Source: Terricaulis sp.
Lineage (GTDB): Bacteria; Pseudomonadota; Alphaproteobacteria; Caulobacterales; Aquidulcibacteraceae
NCBI GenBank assembly: GCA_040080805.1
Contig: JBEBHQ010000006.1
Span: 380 to 64,379, forward strand
Reading direction: 5' to 3'
DNA: 64,000 nt
The translations under genes were made by a program, and so were the position numbers. The notes under the pieces were generated by a model. It had not been told where the DNA came from. It worked only from the letters and a program-made list of their open reading frames with translations, and made no database searches. Below are positions 43,758 to 53,763 of this stretch, one piece after another. Numbering within the stretch: position 1 is the stretch's first letter; each line of letters begins with the position of its first letter.

Positions 43758-45428
43758 ATGACCGACGCCCAAGCGTCCGCGCGGAGCCGCACCGAAGTGA
43801 GCCCGGCCAAGCTTCGCCAGGTGGTGATCGCCTCCTCCGCGGGCACCGTGTTCGAATGGTACGACTTCTTCGTCTACGGGGCAGTCGCCTCGATCATGAC
43901 CCCGCACTTCATTTCCAACTTGCCTGACGCACAGGCGTTCGTGTTCATTCTGCTCACGTTCGCCATTGGATTCATTACCAGGCCATTTGGCGCATTGGTG
44001 TTCGGCAAGATCGGGGACTCAACCGGGCGCAAAGGCGCCTTCCTCATCACAATTACCATGATGGGGCTGGCCACCTTCGCGATCGGCCTGCTCCCGACCG
44101 CTGCTCAGATCGGCATCTGGGCGCCTATCCTCTTGGTGACGTGTCGCGTGCTGCAAGGTTTTGCACTTGGCGGCGAATATGGCGGTGCGGCGATCTACGT
44201 CGCCGAGCATGCGGCGCACAACAAACGCGGCGCGTCGACGGGTTGGATTCAGATTTCCGCCGCCTTCGGACTCGTCGGCGCCCTTGCCGTGGTTTTCGCT
44301 ACCCGTGGCTTCATGGGAGAGGAAGCATTCCGCGCTTGGGGCTGGCGCATCCCGTTTCTGCTGTCGATCGGCTTGCTCGCGATCTCGGTTTGGATTCGCC
44401 TGCAACTTGAGGAAAGTCCCGCGTTCCAAAAGCTCAAAGCCGAGGGGCAAGTTTCAAAACGCAGTTACGCGGAGAGCTTTTTCCATACGCCGAATGTGCG
44501 TATTGTGCTGCTGGCGTTGTTCGGGATCATGATGGCGCAAGGAGTGGTCTGGTATACGGGCTTCTTCTATTCGCAGTTCTACCTTGAGCGCATTCTAAAG
44601 ATCGATTCCAAAACGGTAAACTTCGTGATGATGAGCGTCGTGCTCCTATCGGCGCCGCTCTACTGGTTCTTCGGCGCGCTCTCGGATCGGGTCGGACGCA
44701 AGCCCGTCATGCTGTTCGGCATGCTGCTGATGCTAGCGCTCTACTTTCCTGGGTTCAATTTGCTGACGCGCGTGGGCAATCCGGGCTTGGCGCAAGCATC
44801 CGCGACCTCCCCGGTCACGGTCATCGCCGACCCCGCAGATTGCAGCTTCCAGCTCGATTTGACCGGAGGCGCCCGGCTGTTCGCAACGTCATGCGACATT
44901 GCCAAAGGTGCGCTCGCCAACGCCGGCGTTAGCTACGTCACGGAAAACGCGGCTCGCGGCACGATCGCACAAGTCCGCGTCGGCGCCCTCCTAATTGAAA
45001 GCACCAACGCCACGGGGCGACCAATGGCGGAAATCCGCGCGGCCCGCACCGCATTTGAGGGGCGCCTTCGCGGGGTGCTAACAAATGCGGGCTACCCGAG
45101 CGCCGCCGACCCAAATCAAACAAACCTGCCCGCCGTCATCGGAATATTATTGCTGATGGCGCTCGCCGCCACCGCACTCTATGGCCCGCAGGCCGCGGCG
45201 CTGGTGGAGCTCTTCCCCACGCGCATCCGCTACACCGCGCTTTCCCTGCCCTATCACATTGGCACGGGCTGGTTCGGCGGCCTATTGCCGGCGATCGTGT
45301 TCGCCATCAACACGGCAACGGGACAAATCTATGCTGGGCTCTGGTTTCCATTCACCGTGACCGCGATCGCGGCGACGGTGTGCTTGCTCTTCCTGCCGGA
45401 GACCAAGGATCGCGACATTCACGCCTAA
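43758..45428 (+). CDS. MFS transporter, metabolite:H+ symporter (MHS) family
   Basis: SAGTVFEWYDFFVYG and GKIGDSTGRKG motifs. 12-TM profile with an inserted loop. Confidence 0.85.
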   Translation: MTDAQASARSRTEVSPAKLRQVVIASSAGTVFEWYDFFVYGAVASIMTPHFISNLPDAQAFVFILLTFAIGFITRPFGALVFGKIGDSTGRKGAFLITITMMGLATFAIGLLPTAAQIGIWAPILLVTCRVLQGFALGGEYGGAAIYVAEHAAHNKRGASTGWIQISAAFGLVGALAVVFATRGFMGEEAFRAWGWRIPFLLSIGLLAISVWIRLQLEESPAFQKLKAEGQVSKRSYAESFFHTPNVRIVLLALFGIMMAQGVVWYTGFFYSQFYLERILKIDSKTVNFVMMSVVLLSAPLYWFFGALSDRVGRKPVMLFGMLLMLALYFPGFNLLTRVGNPGLAQASATSPVTVIADPADCSFQLDLTGGARLFATSCDIAKGALANAGVSYVTENAARGTIAQVRVGALLIESTNATGRPMAEIRAARTAFEGRLRGVLTNAGYPSAADPNQTNLPAVIGILLLMALAATALYGPQAAALVELFPTRIRYTALSLPYHIGTGWFGGLLPAIVFAINTATGQIYAGLWFPFTVTAIAATVCLLFLPETKDRDIHA

Positions 45429-45486
45429 CCGACATTCATTTCGTTTATGAACCAGAGCTTAAGCCGCTTCGCACAATGATACCGAC

Positions 45487-45744
45487 ATGACGGCGATCCC
45501 CCACGCCGCCGAGGCTCTCTCCAACGCCTCAGGCCGTTTTGAGCGCGCAAGCCAGCGTTTGCTCGGGGCGGCCTCTGGCACGGACAACGATGTCGGCGCG
45601 GCGCTCGTCGATGTCATGGGCGCCAAGGCGGACTACAAAGCCAGTCTCGCCGTGATCCGCTTCTCCAACGAAATGTGGAGCGCCCTGCTCGATCTCAGTG
45701 CTTCGCCGCCGCCTGCTCATCCTTCGTACGCGCGCGGATATTGA
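45487..45744 (+). CDS. Hypothetical small protein with faint resemblance to the flagellar rod protein C-terminal motif
   Basis: 85 aa. DVGAALVDVMGAKADYKASLAVIRFSNEMWSALLDL recalls the rod/hook C-terminal helix (..A...Y.AN.kvi.t.dem...ll.l). The 3' end overlaps the convergent TerC gene by about 50 nt. No obvious SD. Confidence 0.35.
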   Translation: MTAIPHAAEALSNASGRFERASQRLLGAASGTDNDVGAALVDVMGAKADYKASLAVIRFSNEMWSALLDLSASPPPAHPSYARGY

Positions 45745-46474
45745 GTAGCTCGACCACCAGCGAGAAAGCGATGGCGAAATAGAGATAACCGCGCGGGATG
45801 TGGAAGCCGAGCCCATCGGCCAGCAGCGCGACGCCCACAAGCAGAATGAACGCCAGCGCCAACATCTTCATGGTGGGCTGATCTTCGATGAAATCGGCCA
45901 GCGGCTTGGCGGCCACGGCCATCACAAGCGTCGACAGCACCACGGCGAGAATCATCACCGCGAGGATATCGGTCATGCCCACGGCGGTAATGACGCTGTC
46001 GAGCGAAAAGACGATGTTGATGACGGCAAGCTGGATCAGCACATCGGAGAAATTATTCTTGGCCTCCGCTTCCTCGTGCGCGGCGCCTTCGACCGAGGCG
46101 TGGATTTCCTGCGTGCCCTTCACCAAGAGGAATAGGCCTCCGCCGAGCAAAATGAGGTCCTTGATGGTGAAATAGGTGAAGGCGTGGATGGCGTGCTCGT
46201 CGTTGGTGCCAAGCACCAGCGCGGCCCACCCTTCCGGCAGCGCAAACAGCGGACTTTCGTCGAGCTGGATGATCCAGAAGATGCCCGACAGCATCACAAT
46301 CCGCAGCACCATCGCCCCCCACACGCCAAAGCGGCGGGCGTTGGTTAGCTGGCGTCCCTTGAGCTTGCCGATAGCGATCGACACGAACAGCAGATTGTCG
46401 ATGCCGAGCACGATCTCCAGAAACGTCAGCGCCGAGAGGCTGACCCAAAAGGCGGGCGTTGCGAGCAAGTCCAT
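45695..46474 (-). CDS. TerC family integral membrane protein
   Basis: 259 aa. FLEIVLGIDNLLFVSI and LDSVITAVGMT repeat halves. Confidence 0.88.
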   Translation of the reverse strand: MDLLATPAFWVSLSALTFLEIVLGIDNLLFVSIAIGKLKGRQLTNARRFGVWGAMVLRIVMLSGIFWIIQLDESPLFALPEGWAALVLGTNDEHAIHAFTYFTIKDLILLGGGLFLLVKGTQEIHASVEGAAHEEAEAKNNFSDVLIQLAVINIVFSLDSVITAVGMTDILAVMILAVVLSTLVMAVAAKPLADFIEDQPTMKMLALAFILLVGVALLADGLGFHIPRGYLYFAIAFSLVVELLNIRARTKDEQAAAKH

Positions 46475-46577
46475 TCATGAATCTCCGGGCGCTCAAACGC
46501 CCGAAGCCGGCGCGAACGTCAAGACAGATGATGCGGCGTGTGCTTAGCTGGCGCTGGACGCGGCTGGGGAGGCTTTG

Positions 46578-47099
46578 ATGCGATTGGTATTTTCGGCGAT
46601 GGCGCTCGTGTTGGCGCTAGGAGGATGCGCGGCGCCTCGAACCTGGGTGCTCAGCCCCGCGGACGCGGCGACCGCGATGATTTCAGGCGATCGCCTGACC
46701 TTGACGCGCGTCGCCAGCGAGACCGGCGGCGGAGATCCTCTGATCTTGCTGACGCTGACGCACGCCGATGGCCGCGCGATGCGCTTCGAGGAAGCCAACC
46801 ACGCACCCTATGACCTGCGCGCGCAGGCCGCCGGCGGCCCGCTGGCGCAAGCCATGGGCCTGCTCGGCAATGAGCAACCCACTCTTTTCCATGCACGCGA
46901 CGAAGTGAGCCAGAGCGCACCCTTCCTCTGCGCGCCCGACGGCGCCGCCAGCATCGGCATTCTGGAAGCGGTCGATGGCGTGCGGATCGTTGGCTTGAAG
47001 CAGGGTTTTGAATTCGAAACCGCCGCCGATGGCGCCGTTGAGGCCCTGCCCTTCAGCCCCGACCAAATCTGCGCGCGGCTCAGGTTTCGGCGCGATTAG
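46578..47099 (+). CDS. Hypothetical lipoprotein
   Basis: Signal peptide with lipobox LALGGC. GGGGAGG SD upstream. Confidence 0.6.
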   Translation: MRLVFSAMALVLALGGCAAPRTWVLSPADAATAMISGDRLTLTRVASETGGGDPLILLTLTHADGRAMRFEEANHAPYDLRAQAAGGPLAQAMGLLGNEQPTLFHARDEVSQSAPFLCAPDGAASIGILEAVDGVRIVGLKQGFEFETAADGAVEALPFSPDQICARLRFRRD

Positions 47100-47122
47100 C
47101 TTGGCGGCGGCAGGCGTCGCAC

Positions 47123-49393
47123 TCACAAAAACGAATACGGGTCCACGTCGATCTGCACGCGCACTGCGGAGTGAAGTTTCACGCGGCTGGTCCAGGCGGC
47201 CAGAAACGCGCTCACATCGACGCCGCGATTGGCGCGGATGAGAAAGCGGCGCCGGTGCATGCCGCGGATCACCGAGAGCGGCGCGGGCGCCGGTCCCCAA
47301 AGGTCGAGGCCTTCGACGTGCGGGGCTTTCTCCCCCAACAGCCGCGCGGCGTCGTTGGCGTGTTGTTCGGTCGGCGCGGAGACGATGATCGCGGCGAGAC
47401 GTCCATAGGGCGGCATGCCGGCGGCTTCGCGTTCGGCCACCTCGGCAGCGAAGAATGCGTCGCGATCTTGCGCGGCGAGCGCCTGCATTACCGGCTCATG
47501 CGGCGCATAGGTTTGGATCAGCGCCCTTCCCTTCTTCTCATGGCGGCCTGCTCGACCGGCGACCTGGCTGACCAATTGATAGGTGCGCTCACCCGCGCGC
47601 AGATCGCCGCCTTTCAATCCTAAATCCGCATCGACCACGCCGACGAACGTCAGCAGCGGGAAGTTGTGACCCTTGGCCACAATCTGGGTGCCGATCAGGA
47701 TATCGATCTCGCCCGCCTCCATGCGCTGCACCAAAGTGCGCACGGCGTCGCCGTTGGGCGTGGTGTCGGATGAGAATATCTCGATGCGCGCCTCGGGGAA
47801 GTGTGTGCGCACTTCTTCCTCGATGCGCTCAACACCCGGGCCAATGGAAACAAACGAATCCGGGATCAAGCATTCGGGGCACGCCTTCGGCTTGGGCATC
47901 GAAAAGCCGGTGAGGTGGCACACCAGCCGGCCTGAATACTTATGCTCAACCAGCCAGGATTCTGTCTCTGGCGATTTCATGCGGTGGCCGCAGGCGCGGC
48001 AGAGCGTCAACGGCGCATAACCGCGGCGGTTCATGTAGAACAGCGATTGCTCGCCGCGCAGCAACGCCTCGCCGGCGCCGCGTATCAGTTTGGGCGAGAG
48101 CCACTGGCCTTTCTCCGGCGGATCGATCTTCAAATCGATGAGTTCGATATCCGGCAGTTCGGCAAGCCCGTGCCGAGACGGCAGCTTTACGTGCGCGTAG
48201 CGACCGGACTGCGCGTTGAACAACGTCTCCAGCGAAGGCGTCGCGCTGGCCAGGATCACAGCGCACTCGCCCAATTTGGCGCGCGCCACCGCCAAATCGC
48301 GCGCCTGGTAGGCCACGCCCTCTTCCTGTTTGTAGGAAGGATCATGCTCTTCATCGATGACGATGAGTTTCAGGTTTGGGAACGGCAGGAACAAAGCGGA
48401 GCGTGCCCCCACAACCAGCCGCGCCCGCCCCGCCGCCACTTCGCGCCAGGCGCGCCGGCGCGCCTTGTGCGCAATGGCGGAGTGCCACTCAACCGGCGTT
48501 ACGCCGAAGCGCGCTTCAAAGCGCCCCATCACCGCTTGCGTCAGCGCAATTTCCGGCAACAGCACCAGCACTTGCGCGTCAGGCGATTGCGCCAAAGCTT
48601 CGGCCGCCGCTTCGAGATACACTTCCGTCTTTCCCGAACCGGTGACCCCGTCCAGCAGCGACACATGAAAGCCGCCCGCACGCACGACCGCGCAGACCTC
48701 CGCCGACGCCGCTTGCTGGATGTCGGAGAGCGCCTTGCCCGCGCGCGCGAGGTTCGGGCTCGGGAACGGCGGATCCTCGCTAATCTCCAGCTTGGTCAGC
48801 GCGCCCGCATCGACGAGACCTTTAACCACCGCTGAGGATGTCTCCGCGCGCCGCGCCAGCTCGGCGGCGCTGACGGCTTCCTTCGCCGCCTCTTCCAGCA
48901 CGCGCGCGCGCGCCTCGCTTGTTTTGGCGGGCGGCTCGCCGGTGACCGCGAGCACAATGTGCGTCGGCGGCGGCAACAGCGCTTCTGGCGAACGCGCCAC
49001 CATGCGCAAGATATCGCCGGGCGGACGCACCAGATATTTCGCCGCCCAGTCCACGAACAGCCGCGAAATCTCCGGCAGCGGCGGACCAGGCAGCACCTCC
49101 TCGATGGCTTTGAGGTTGGCCGCGCCGGGATTGCCCCTATCGACGCTCCACACCACCCCGCGCACCAAGCGCGAACCAATCGGCGCGATCACATGCTGGC
49201 CTAGCGCCAAGCCCAGAGATGACGGCGCGCGATAATCGAACGGCTCGGGCAGCGGCAATGGGAACAACACAGCCACTTTGTCGAGCGCGACCCCCACCTC
49301 CCCGCCCGAAGGCGCAAACAACGGCCCCAGCGGCACCGGCGCGCGCTGGCGCTTCAACGCCTCCAAGGCGCGACGACGGGCGGTCGAGGTCAT
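47123..49393 (-). CDS. priA: Primosomal protein N' (replication restart helicase PriA)
   Basis: 756 aa. Walker A GVTGSGKTEVY, DEEHD box and a Cys-rich zinc insert (CRACGH...CPEC). Confidence 0.95.
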   Translation of the reverse strand: MTSTARRRALEALKRQRAPVPLGPLFAPSGGEVGVALDKVAVLFPLPLPEPFDYRAPSSLGLALGQHVIAPIGSRLVRGVVWSVDRGNPGAANLKAIEEVLPGPPLPEISRLFVDWAAKYLVRPPGDILRMVARSPEALLPPPTHIVLAVTGEPPAKTSEARARVLEEAAKEAVSAAELARRAETSSAVVKGLVDAGALTKLEISEDPPFPSPNLARAGKALSDIQQAASAEVCAVVRAGGFHVSLLDGVTGSGKTEVYLEAAAEALAQSPDAQVLVLLPEIALTQAVMGRFEARFGVTPVEWHSAIAHKARRRAWREVAAGRARLVVGARSALFLPFPNLKLIVIDEEHDPSYKQEEGVAYQARDLAVARAKLGECAVILASATPSLETLFNAQSGRYAHVKLPSRHGLAELPDIELIDLKIDPPEKGQWLSPKLIRGAGEALLRGEQSLFYMNRRGYAPLTLCRACGHRMKSPETESWLVEHKYSGRLVCHLTGFSMPKPKACPECLIPDSFVSIGPGVERIEEEVRTHFPEARIEIFSSDTTPNGDAVRTLVQRMEAGEIDILIGTQIVAKGHNFPLLTFVGVVDADLGLKGGDLRAGERTYQLVSQVAGRAGRHEKKGRALIQTYAPHEPVMQALAAQDRDAFFAAEVAEREAAGMPPYGRLAAIIVSAPTEQHANDAARLLGEKAPHVEGLDLWGPAPAPLSVIRGMHRRRFLIRANRGVDVSAFLAAWTSRVKLHSAVRVQIDVDPYSFL

Positions 49394-49556
49394 TCGTCGC
49401 GGAATCTAGGGGGTCGAGGGATTCGAGGGAAGCGGCGGGGACCGCCGAGGTTGGCCTGGAGGGCCGCACAGCGAAAGCCGCCGCGAGCAAAATTATGGCG
49501 GGACGGGCAATGTTGGCCCGGAGCGGACGTTGAGTGCCCATGCTAGGCTTCGTCCC

Positions 49557-49997
49557 ATGAAGCTGTTCTTGGTTTCACCATCGTTCAACGCAGTCGAGCG
49601 CGGACAGGATGCGACGCGGCCCTACTTGGACGAGGCGGTGGACGTGATCTTGCGCGCCATCCAGCCGACCGGAAACGAAAGCATCATTGGGGTATGGCAC
49701 GACAATGAAAGCAGCATGGGCTCCGAGCCGTTTGAGGCCGAGTATGCTGGCAAGCGCGTAAAGAGCTTGAGGGATCGAGATTTGCTGCGCTCTGTCCTGA
49801 GGCGCGTCGCTGACCCTTGGGACAATTACTTCATGTGGGTCCGTTGCCAGACAACGTGCCGCTTTGTGTTCTTTGGCTATGACGCCCAGGCATTTCTCTG
49901 CCTGCGTCACGAAGATGCGCCTCCGTCGGCCTCGCCGCTGATTCACGTCGAAGATTGCACACCGATGCTCGCAGAGACGGATTTCTTTGACGGTTAG
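49557..49997 (+). CDS. Hypothetical cytoplasmic protein
   Basis: 146 aa from ATG 49557. No signal peptide. Looks less G+C-rich than its neighbours. No family recognised. Confidence 0.5.
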   Translation: MKLFLVSPSFNAVERGQDATRPYLDEAVDVILRAIQPTGNESIIGVWHDNESSMGSEPFEAEYAGKRVKSLRDRDLLRSVLRRVADPWDNYFMWVRCQTTCRFVFFGYDAQAFLCLRHEDAPPSASPLIHVEDCTPMLAETDFFDG

Positions 49998-50031
49998 TGA
50001 AGCGTCCGCGCCCGGCACCCAGCGGGCGCCA

Positions 50032-50847
50032 TCATCGGCGCGGCCTGCGGCTTGGCGGCGGTTCTTGCGGCGCTGTTGCGCAGATGTCTTCGCGGTCTCT
50101 GTCCCAGTAGCACTCAAAGCCGTCGCTCCGATTATCGCGGACCCAACCGGCTTCGCCGGCAGGTCCCTCCAGGCGCAGCCACTGGCCAAGGCGCGATGCC
50201 GCGCCGGCGGGTAATGGCGCCTGTTCGTCGTCCAATAGCCAGTGGATGACGGGGCGAGGGTCCGCGTCGGACTCAACGTCGTCCCATGCGTAGGTCAAGC
50301 CGAATACGCGGCCCAGTCGCCACACATCATAGTCGGTTATGCCCTCCTCTGTCTCTTCGCCGATGCGATAGACAACGTTGCACACGTCCAAGCCGTAGCC
50401 ATCCCCCGGTTCGACGACCACGCCGCGCACTGGAACAATGAAATCTGTCTGCTCCGGCGCAAAGGCCCAGGCTTCGGCAGCGAGGATCGCTGTCTGGGGA
50501 GCATCATCGTTGGGCGCGCCGCGCAGCGGCGTCTCGTGTTTGGTGCGCAGCCAGCCCCTGGAGCAGGTCGGGCAGCGTGCTTCATAGAGGCCGGTGACTG
50601 TCGGCGGCGCTTCGTTCGCTGGCGCCGGCCCAGCGCGACGCCGCTGGCATTCCTGATAAACGCCCGCAAGGCGCGCCGCTTCAATGTCGCGAGCCGCCTG
50701 GCGCTCCTGACTCCCCGGCGCAACCGGATCGATGGCGGGTCCGGCGGCCGCGCTCGCGTCTGTCGCGGCAGTCTCGGCCACGCGAGGCGAGCATCCGCTC
50801 GCAGCGAGAACAAACGCCGCCGCCAGCGGCAGAAGGAAGGTCTTCAC
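50032..50847 (-). CDS. Hypothetical lipoprotein
   Basis: GTG 50847 preceded by GGGGGA. VKTFLLPLAAAFVLAASGC lipobox. No family recognised. Confidence 0.55.
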   Translation of the reverse strand: MKTFLLPLAAAFVLAASGCSPRVAETAATDASAAAGPAIDPVAPGSQERQAARDIEAARLAGVYQECQRRRAGPAPANEAPPTVTGLYEARCPTCSRGWLRTKHETPLRGAPNDDAPQTAILAAEAWAFAPEQTDFIVPVRGVVVEPGDGYGLDVCNVVYRIGEETEEGITDYDVWRLGRVFGLTYAWDDVESDADPRPVIHWLLDDEQAPLPAGAASRLGQWLRLEGPAGEAGWVRDNRSDGFECYWDRDREDICATAPQEPPPSRRPRR

Positions 50848-51094
50848 GCGCAATCCCCCATTATAACTGGGGACAAGGCTAGCTGCGTTCGCGACGTTGT
50901 TGAAGGGCGCCAGCACCGGGACCGGCGATGGCTGCTCAGCGCAAGCCGCGAGGCCTCTGTTCAGTTTGTCCCATAATCAGGAAGATGCGGGCGTGCATCC
51001 AATGACTTGTACGCCGGCATCTGCGTTTCCGGGGCGCGAGTGCGATCCCTGACAAAGCACTGGCACGAGGGCCGGCAAAATGGGAGATCGCGAG

Positions 51095-52579
51095 ATGAGG
51101 CGCATGTTTGCAAGGCTCATTCTCTCTGTCGCGACCCTGACCGCCGCGTCATGTTCGCCAGCGTCGACCTCGAGCGCATCGTCGCCTGTTGCGAACGGCG
51201 AGACGCAGTACCTGGCGTTTCAGGTCTTCACCGGATCGCCCGATCCTCACGTCGCTTTTGGCGGCGAGCCGCTGCTTGGCGAAATGCCGTCTTCAACCGA
51301 ACTGGACGGGTTCGCCCGCAGTCTGATCGCGCGCATGGACACGACGGGGCGCGATGGCAGGCGACTAGCGCTCATATTTGGCCCCCTTTCGTTTGATCAT
51401 ACTGATGAGCAGGTCGCATCCTTGATCGGATCTGGATTCGACATTGCTCTTGCCCGTGACGTGGCCGTGGGATTTCACATCGACGATTCCATGTTCTGGG
51501 GGCGTCGGCGCGATCTCCTCGCCGATCCGAGAAATGTCGAGCGGATGGATTGGGACGGCCCTCTCTCCACGGGGCGCCGGCTCGCCTGGGGCCCTCGGCC
51601 TTCTCGCGCGCCTCCGCACATGTGCATCAATAGTGCAGCCATTGAAGCCGAGGTCTGGCGCCGTGGCGATGAGGTCATAGGCGCGGCGCTCCACGCCGGC
51701 CTCGAACGCTTGCGGCGCGCCGGGCGCGAGGATCTTTTTGCGGGCGTGATCGTCGGTTGGGAGACGCAGATCGGACGAGAGTTCGAAAGCGGGCGCGTGC
51801 TCGGTTATTGCGCCCTCGCCAATCGCGGGCTTCGACGCGGCGCTTCGCGCGAAGCCATGGATCAGGCGCGCGTGGAAGCGCTCGAACACTTTATCTCGAT
51901 TTGGTCCACATCGATCGCGTCCGCGGGCGTGCCCCCGTCACGCATCTATTCGCACGTCGCGTTTATGCCGAGGCGGCAATTTGACTCATCGGAACACGAG
52001 AACGGCGAGACGTACGCTGCGCGAACAAACTTCTCGCCGCCGGAGACCGCCTTCGGTAGAGAACGCCGCGCTGGCTTTTCAACCTATCCCGAAGCCGGAA
52101 TCATTGAAGAAATCCACGATCAAGTCCGCCGCGCCGGCGGGGCGCCTTGGGCCTCCGCCGAAGGCGCCAACGTCGCCTTGGGAGGCGATCCCTCGGCCTC
52201 GGGCATGGCGACGGAGACCTATCTCGCGCGCCTGTTCAATCGCGGCGCAGCGCTGGTCAATATTTTCGGCTGGGGAATTGGAGACGCTGACAACGGATTT
52301 CGCCGGGCTGCGGAAAGCCCGGACGCGATCGCGGCGTATCGCAAGTTCCTGCGCGGAGAGGCGCTGATCGAAGGGCCGATCACGGCGTCAATTCTAGAGC
52401 GCTTGCCTGTCAAGATTCACCGCATCCACGCCGAGCTGCCGCAATGGGTCAGGGCCCATAACGGGCAAGCCCGCGCGCAGCCTCATGTTGAGGCGCTTGA
52501 TGCCGCACTTGCGGCCCAGGATTGGGCGCGCGCGGAAGCGGAAGCAGACGCGTTGCTCGCATTGATGGTCGAGGAGTGA
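51095..52579 (+). CDS. Hypothetical lipoprotein (about 494 aa)
   Basis: MRRMFARLILSVATLTAASC lipobox. Long ORF with coding-like composition. No family recognised. Confidence 0.6.
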   Translation: MRRMFARLILSVATLTAASCSPASTSSASSPVANGETQYLAFQVFTGSPDPHVAFGGEPLLGEMPSSTELDGFARSLIARMDTTGRDGRRLALIFGPLSFDHTDEQVASLIGSGFDIALARDVAVGFHIDDSMFWGRRRDLLADPRNVERMDWDGPLSTGRRLAWGPRPSRAPPHMCINSAAIEAEVWRRGDEVIGAALHAGLERLRRAGREDLFAGVIVGWETQIGREFESGRVLGYCALANRGLRRGASREAMDQARVEALEHFISIWSTSIASAGVPPSRIYSHVAFMPRRQFDSSEHENGETYAARTNFSPPETAFGRERRAGFSTYPEAGIIEEIHDQVRRAGGAPWASAEGANVALGGDPSASGMATETYLARLFNRGAALVNIFGWGIGDADNGFRRAAESPDAIAAYRKFLRGEALIEGPITASILERLPVKIHRIHAELPQWVRAHNGQARAQPHVEALDAALAAQDWARAEAEADALLALMVEE

Positions 52580-52692
52580 CCGCGATCGGCGAATTTCTTC
52601 CTTCGCAGGCGCAACACGGCGGCCGGCTCGATTGAATTGCCAGGCAAGGCTTCGGTGCGCGTTTCCCTAGGATCGCACGGCTGTGTCATTCG

Positions 52693-53526
52693 CTATTGCG
52701 CAGAGGCGAATAGAGCTCCAATCGCCGCCGCAGCCTCGTCAGAATAGATGGCGTCGCCGTGGCGTCCAGGAGTTTCGACTATCGAAACGTTGGCGCCTGC
52801 CCCCCTGAGGCGCTCGGCAAACGCGGTGACGGTCGCCAAGTCAGCCTGGGCGTCATCGCGCGCCGCAAGCAAGAGGATGGGCGCGCGCGACTCTGTAGCA
52901 AACCGAAAATAGTCAAAGGCGGCGAGATCTTCGTCCACCTCTAATCGCACCAGGGGACGCACTACGGCGGGGATCATATTGCGACCCATGGCCACGATGT
53001 CGGAAGACGTACTCTCCAGGATCAGTCCTGAAAAACCTCCGGTGCGCGCGAAGTTTGACGCCGATGCGCCGCCAAATGAAAATCCGTAGGCGTACACAGG
53101 GCCCGAACCAATCCAACCGGCCGCTCGGAATTCAGCCACCAAGGCTGGGCCCAACTGCACCAAGGCTCCCGCTGTGGCCGGTAGCGTTGTGCCGGAGCGG
53201 CCGGGGTAGTCGAATGTGACGATATCGGCGTCGGTGAGCGCTGCGAGTCTCGCCAGACGCCTGCTCGACCTCGCCGTGAAATGACCACTGCCGCCTGCAA
53301 ACAGCATGACTGCGTCCGTGTCGACTCGATCTAGGCGCACGGCGTGAACGACACCCAGGCCGTCGATAGGGAAGAGAGCCTCTGACTGAATGTAGCCTTC
53401 AGGCGTGACCAAGCGCACGTCGGCAGCTGGTTGTTCGAGTGCGGGGATAAGTGAGGTCTCATCAACGCTGACCGCGCAAGCGGCAAGCGCGAGCGAAACC
53501 GCGAACGTGCCAACAAGAGCTTTCAT
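52693..53526 (-). CDS. Alpha/beta hydrolase, exported (lipoprotein-like signal)
   Basis: MKALVGTFAVSLALAAC. Nucleophile elbow GFSFGG, and acid and His contexts near the C-terminus (ARDD, GRHGD). Confidence 0.7.
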   Translation of the reverse strand: MKALVGTFAVSLALAACAVSVDETSLIPALEQPAADVRLVTPEGYIQSEALFPIDGLGVVHAVRLDRVDTDAVMLFAGGSGHFTARSSRRLARLAALTDADIVTFDYPGRSGTTLPATAGALVQLGPALVAEFRAAGWIGSGPVYAYGFSFGGASASNFARTGGFSGLILESTSSDIVAMGRNMIPAVVRPLVRLEVDEDLAAFDYFRFATESRAPILLLAARDDAQADLATVTAFAERLRGAGANVSIVETPGRHGDAIYSDEAAAAIGALFASAQ

Positions 53527-53763
53527 GATTTCCCCTCAGATCGCGTCCACAACAATCGCTCCGACCTGAACGTCGTCTGAACGCGTCCGGCGTCGGTTCG
53601 CGCGAAATTGCTCCATGCGTCCTTCAAAATGGGACGGCCTTCCCACCATCCGATCCGAAAACGACATCTGACCGCCTTCGGCGAATTTGAACCGCGCCCT
53701 GCAACCCGTCCGAGTGACCACCTTTAGAAAAGCGCCCCCACCGACGCTGGCACTTGTTCACAA

